DNA from: Anaeramoeba ignava BMAN
Taxonomy: Eukaryota > Protista > Anaeramoebae
Direction: 5' to 3'
Assembly: GCA_028826165.1 (NCBI GenBank)
Contig: JAPDFW010000063.1
Coordinates: 434,001 to 498,000 of the forward strand
Length of the DNA: 64,000 nt
A program made the translations under genes and the position numbers. Below are positions 59,980 through 64,000 of this stretch, in pieces (position 1 is the first letter of the stretch; every line of letters begins with the position of its first letter). A model generated the notes under the pieces. That model made no database searches, was not told the origin of the DNA, and saw nothing but the letters and a program-made list of their open reading frames with translations.

Positions 59980-62353
59980 TTAATCTACTCTTTCCACATA
60001 ATTACTTGGAAAATATCCTTCTTTACTTCCTATTTTTCCTATCCACCAATTCTCATCTTCAGTATTTGACACAACAATAATTTGATTTACTTTCAAATCA
60101 ATTTGAGTTTCATCTTCTGCTTGATAATCATAAATTGCTCTAACTTTAAATGTATTTGATTTTGCTTGTGGTTTTTGATTAGTTTTTGAAACATTAAATC
60201 CTTCGATTCTTTTTGTCTATTTTTAAAATTAATGAAAGAAAAAACAAAGAATTTTTTTTTTGATAAGAATTTGGAAAATTTCATGTTAAAAAAAATATTT
60301 GAAAAAATTTGATTTAAATTTACTGTTGTTGTGTTTGTTGTGTTTGTTGTTGTTGTTTTTGATTTTTTTTCACTTTTAAATTCTGATGATTTTCCACTTT
60401 GAGCATTTTGAATAAATGCTTGAATGTCAGTTTGTAAATTTATTGAAGAAATTGCTTGATTTACTTTTCTCATTGATTCTTGAAAAGGTTCTAATAATTT
60501 TGTTGAATTCATTGAAGATAAAAGTTCTAAACCTTTTTGAATTCCTTGAATTCGATTTTTTTCACATTCTTCAAATTTCTGATAAAATTTAAATATTGGA
60601 ATAAAAATAAGTTTTTTAATTTTTTAAATGGGAAATATTTATAAATATTATTTTTGTTTCAATTAATTCCTACATCCATAACTCCAGGAACAACTTTGTC
60701 TGTAAATTCTGTTTGGTTTGAATCATAATTTCTTTTGTTTTGTGAGACTTCTTCCTCCAGTTTTGATTTTGTTGTTTTAAGTTTCTCAGCTTTTGGCTTT
60801 AATCAAAAATATTTAAATAAATTTTAAATCAAAAATATTTAAATCAATTTAAATAAATTTTTAAATCAATTTAAATCATTTATATTTAAATCAATATTTA
60901 TTTAAATCAATATTTAAATCAATTTATATTTAAATCAATATTTAAATCAAAAATATTTAAATCAAAAATATTTAAATCAATAATATTTAAATCAAAATAT
61001 TTAAATCAAAAATATTTAAATCAATAATATTTAAATCAATAATATTTAAATCAATATTTAAATCAATATTTAAATCAATAATATTTAAATCAAAAATATT
61101 TAAATAAATTTTAAATCAATTATATTTAAATCAAAAATATTTAAATCAATAATATTTAAATCAAAAATATTTAAATCATTTTAAATCAAAATATTTAAAT
61201 CAATTTATATTTAAATCATTTATATTTAAATCAAAAATATTTAAATCAATATTTAAATCAAAATATTTAAATCAATATTTAAATCAATATTTAAATCAAT
61301 ATTTAAATCAATATTTAAATCAATATTTAAATCAATATTTAAATCAATATTTAAATCAATATTTAAATCAATAGCCATATTTAAATCAAAAATATTTAAA
61401 TCAATAATATTTAAATCAATATTTAAATCAATAATATTTAAATCAATAATATTTAAATCAAAAATATTTAAATAAATTATATTTAAATCAATTTATATTT
61501 AAATCAAAAATATTTAAATCAATAATATTTAAATCAAAAATATTTAAATAAATTTTAAATCAAAAATATTTAAATCAAAAATATTTAAATCAAAAATATT
61601 TAAATCAAAAATATTTAAATCAAAAATATTTTATATAAATTTTTGAATCAATTTGAAATGAGTTAAAAAAGATTCTTTACATTATCTCCTTGAATACTAT
61701 TCAGTTCTGAATCTACTTTTGTTAATTTTGATTGTGACTTTTTTTTTTTAATGTTAAATTGAAAAATTGAAAATGAAAAATTGAAAATGAAAAATTGAAA
61801 ATGAAAAATTACACTTTCATATTTCTTTTTTAAATTCTGAACAACTTTTCCTTGCTTATCACTTGTTGATGCAATCTGGAAATTAAAAGGATTTTATTTA
61901 TAAATTTTGAATTTTTTAAATTGAAATTTTACACTTTTTTTGGATTGTTTAATTGATTTTGTAACTTCAATAAGAGATTTAGAAATTTCATTTAAAGTAG
62001 TTTTAGCAATATTTTCATGAGCATCTCCAATTTGTTGATATTCAGTTTTTAAAACTTCAATCGCATTTTTGATTGTTCTTTTTTTTTTATTTTTATTTTT
62101 AATTAATTAAAGAAAAAATTTTTTTTGCTTTTTTTTTATTAAATTAAATTAAATTGAATTAAATTAAATACCCAGTTGATTTATTTCCAACTTTTGCTCC
62201 TTTTAGAAGTTTTGATAATGAATGTCCATAAAATTCTTGTAATTTTGCAATTTTTTGAAGTAATTCTGTTAATTCTTTTAATTCTTTTAAATTTGTTGAA
62301 ACCATTTCTTTTGTTGGTTCATAATAATCAATTAATTCATTTCTAAAACTCAT
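59980..62353 (-). CDS. Multi-exon F-BAR(FCH)-like + SH3 domain protein
   Basis: N-terminal MSFRNEL...LQEFYGHSLSKL helical FCH-like region; C-terminal SH3 VRAIYDYQAEDETQIDL...WWIGKIGSKEGYFPSNYV. Confidence 0.75.
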
Positions 62354-62769
62354 TTTTTTTTTATTAAAATTTTTAATTTAAAAAAAAAATTTGGAAAAAG
62401 AAAAAAAAATGAAAAAAAAAAATATAAAAAAAAAATGGAATAAAAATAAGAAAGAAAAATTAAAGAAATTAAATAGAAAATTTGTTTTAAATTGTTTTAA
62501 TTTTTTATAATTAAATGTAAAATCTTTTGAAAATGTTAAAAAAAAATTTTTTTAATTTGTTTTTTTTTAAATTTTATTTTCAAATGATTTTTTCTTTTTA
62601 GAGACCTTCCGGCTCAATTTTCATTAAAAAGGAAATAAATCCAAAAGAAAATTGGCAACGATGCTTACATCTCTATAAATTAAAAAATGATTTTTTCATT
62701 TTCAAAAAAAAAATTTTGAAAAAACTTAATTTTTTTTTCTATAAATTAATTTCTTTCAAAAATAATAAA

Positions 62770-64000
62770 TAAATTTATTTCAAAAAAAGAAATTAAATAT
62801 TATTTATTATTTATTTATTATTTAAAGTTATTTTCAATTTTTATAAAAATTAAATAAATTTTAATTTAATTTAAAATAATTTTAATAAATAAATTAAATT
62901 TAAATTAATAATAAATTATTATAAATAATATATAATATTATTTCAAAAAAAGAAATTAAATATTATTTACTATTTATTTATTATTTAAAGTTATTTTCAA
63001 TTTTTATAAAAATTAAATTAAATTTTATTTTAATTTAAAATAATTTTAATAAATAAATTAAATTAAAATTAATAATAAATTATTATAAATAATATATAAT
63101 ATTATTTCAAAAAGAAATTAAATATTATTTACTATTTATTTATTATTTAAAGTTATTTTATATTTTTATAAAAATTAATTAAATTTTAATTTAATTTAAA
63201 ATAATTTTAATAAATAAATTAAATTCAAATTAATAATAAATTATCAAAAATAATATATAAATTTATTTCAAAAAGAAATTAAATATTATTTACTATTTAT
63301 TTATTATTTAAAGTTATTTTCAATTTTTATAAAAATTAAATTAAATTTTAATTTAATTTAAAATAATTTTAATAAATAAATTAAATTCAAATTAATAATA
63401 AATTATCAAAAATAATATATAAATTATTATAAAAAGAAATTAAATATTATTTACTATTTATTTATTATTTAAAGTTATTTTCAATTTTTATAAAAATTAA
63501 ATAAATTTTATTTTAATTTAAAATAATTTTAATAAATAAATTAAATTAAAATTAATAATAAATTATTATAAATAATAAATAAATTTATTTCAAAAAGAAA
63601 TTAAATATTATTTACTATTTATTTATTATTTAAAAGTTATTTTCAATTTTTATAAAAATTAAATAAAATTTATTTTAATTTAAAATAATTTTAATAAATA
63701 AATTAAATTAAAATTAATAATAAATTATTATAAATAATAAATAAATTTATTTCAAAAAGAAATTAAATATTATTTACTATTTATTTATTATTTAAAGTTA
63801 TTTTAAATTTTTATAAAAATTAAATAAAATTTATTTTAATTTAAAATAATTTTAATAAATAAATTAAATTAAAATTAATAATAAATTATTATAAATAATA
63901 TATAATATTATTTCAAAAAAAGAAATTAAATATTATTTACTATTTATTTATTATTTAAAGTTATTTTAGATTTTTATAAAAATTAAATAAATTGTATTTT
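62770..64000. repeat. AT-rich minisatellite, ~162 bp unit, at least 7 copies, runs off the window end
   Basis: Anchor TTTACTATTT near 62966, 63128, 63289, 63450, 63611, 63773 and 63936. Confidence 0.9.

Noticed and set aside
62645-62670. U4 snRNA-like ATCGTTGCCAAT on the minus strand
   Set aside because: Only a short match; the rest of the U4 5' stem-loop is missing
1-64000. Inteins, transposase/RT ORFs, tRNA or rRNA genes
   Set aside because: No recognisable motifs were seen by eye; a computational scan was not possible

Overview
This is extremely AT-rich, gene-dense eukaryotic (protist) genomic DNA. It uses GT-AG introns, many of them and many intergenic spacers are filled with simple repeats, and several single-base frameshifts in homopolymer runs are probably assembly errors. 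The expanded BTB, RCC1-BTB and TLDc families, Fe-SOD and TCATTTT initiator-like motifs suggest an anaerobic metamonad such as Anaeramoeba; this is inference and was not verified. Genes in order: FN3 membrane protein, BTB-coiled-coil-TLDc protein, Fe-SOD, CRT10-like WD40 protein, PARP-like protein, TBC Rab-GAP, rhomboid, two GT61 glycosyltransferases, eIF3d, membrane-anchored bZIP, five RCC1-BTB paralogues plus an intronless TLDc gene, a duplicated block of divergent actins, a Cys-to-Ser cathepsin B homologue, Ras and an F-BAR/SH3 protein. Main finding: the apparent 2.1 kb AT 'minisatellite' at 4730-6849 reads as 12 near-identical GT...AG introns separated by 11 hypervariable micro-exons (ten of 3 nt, one of 4 nt). 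They sit at one loop of the TLDc domain, so this is a candidate codon-by-codon combinatorial diversification system. Second finding: a ~700 nt island with strong base-pairing potential inside the first intron of the TBC gene.
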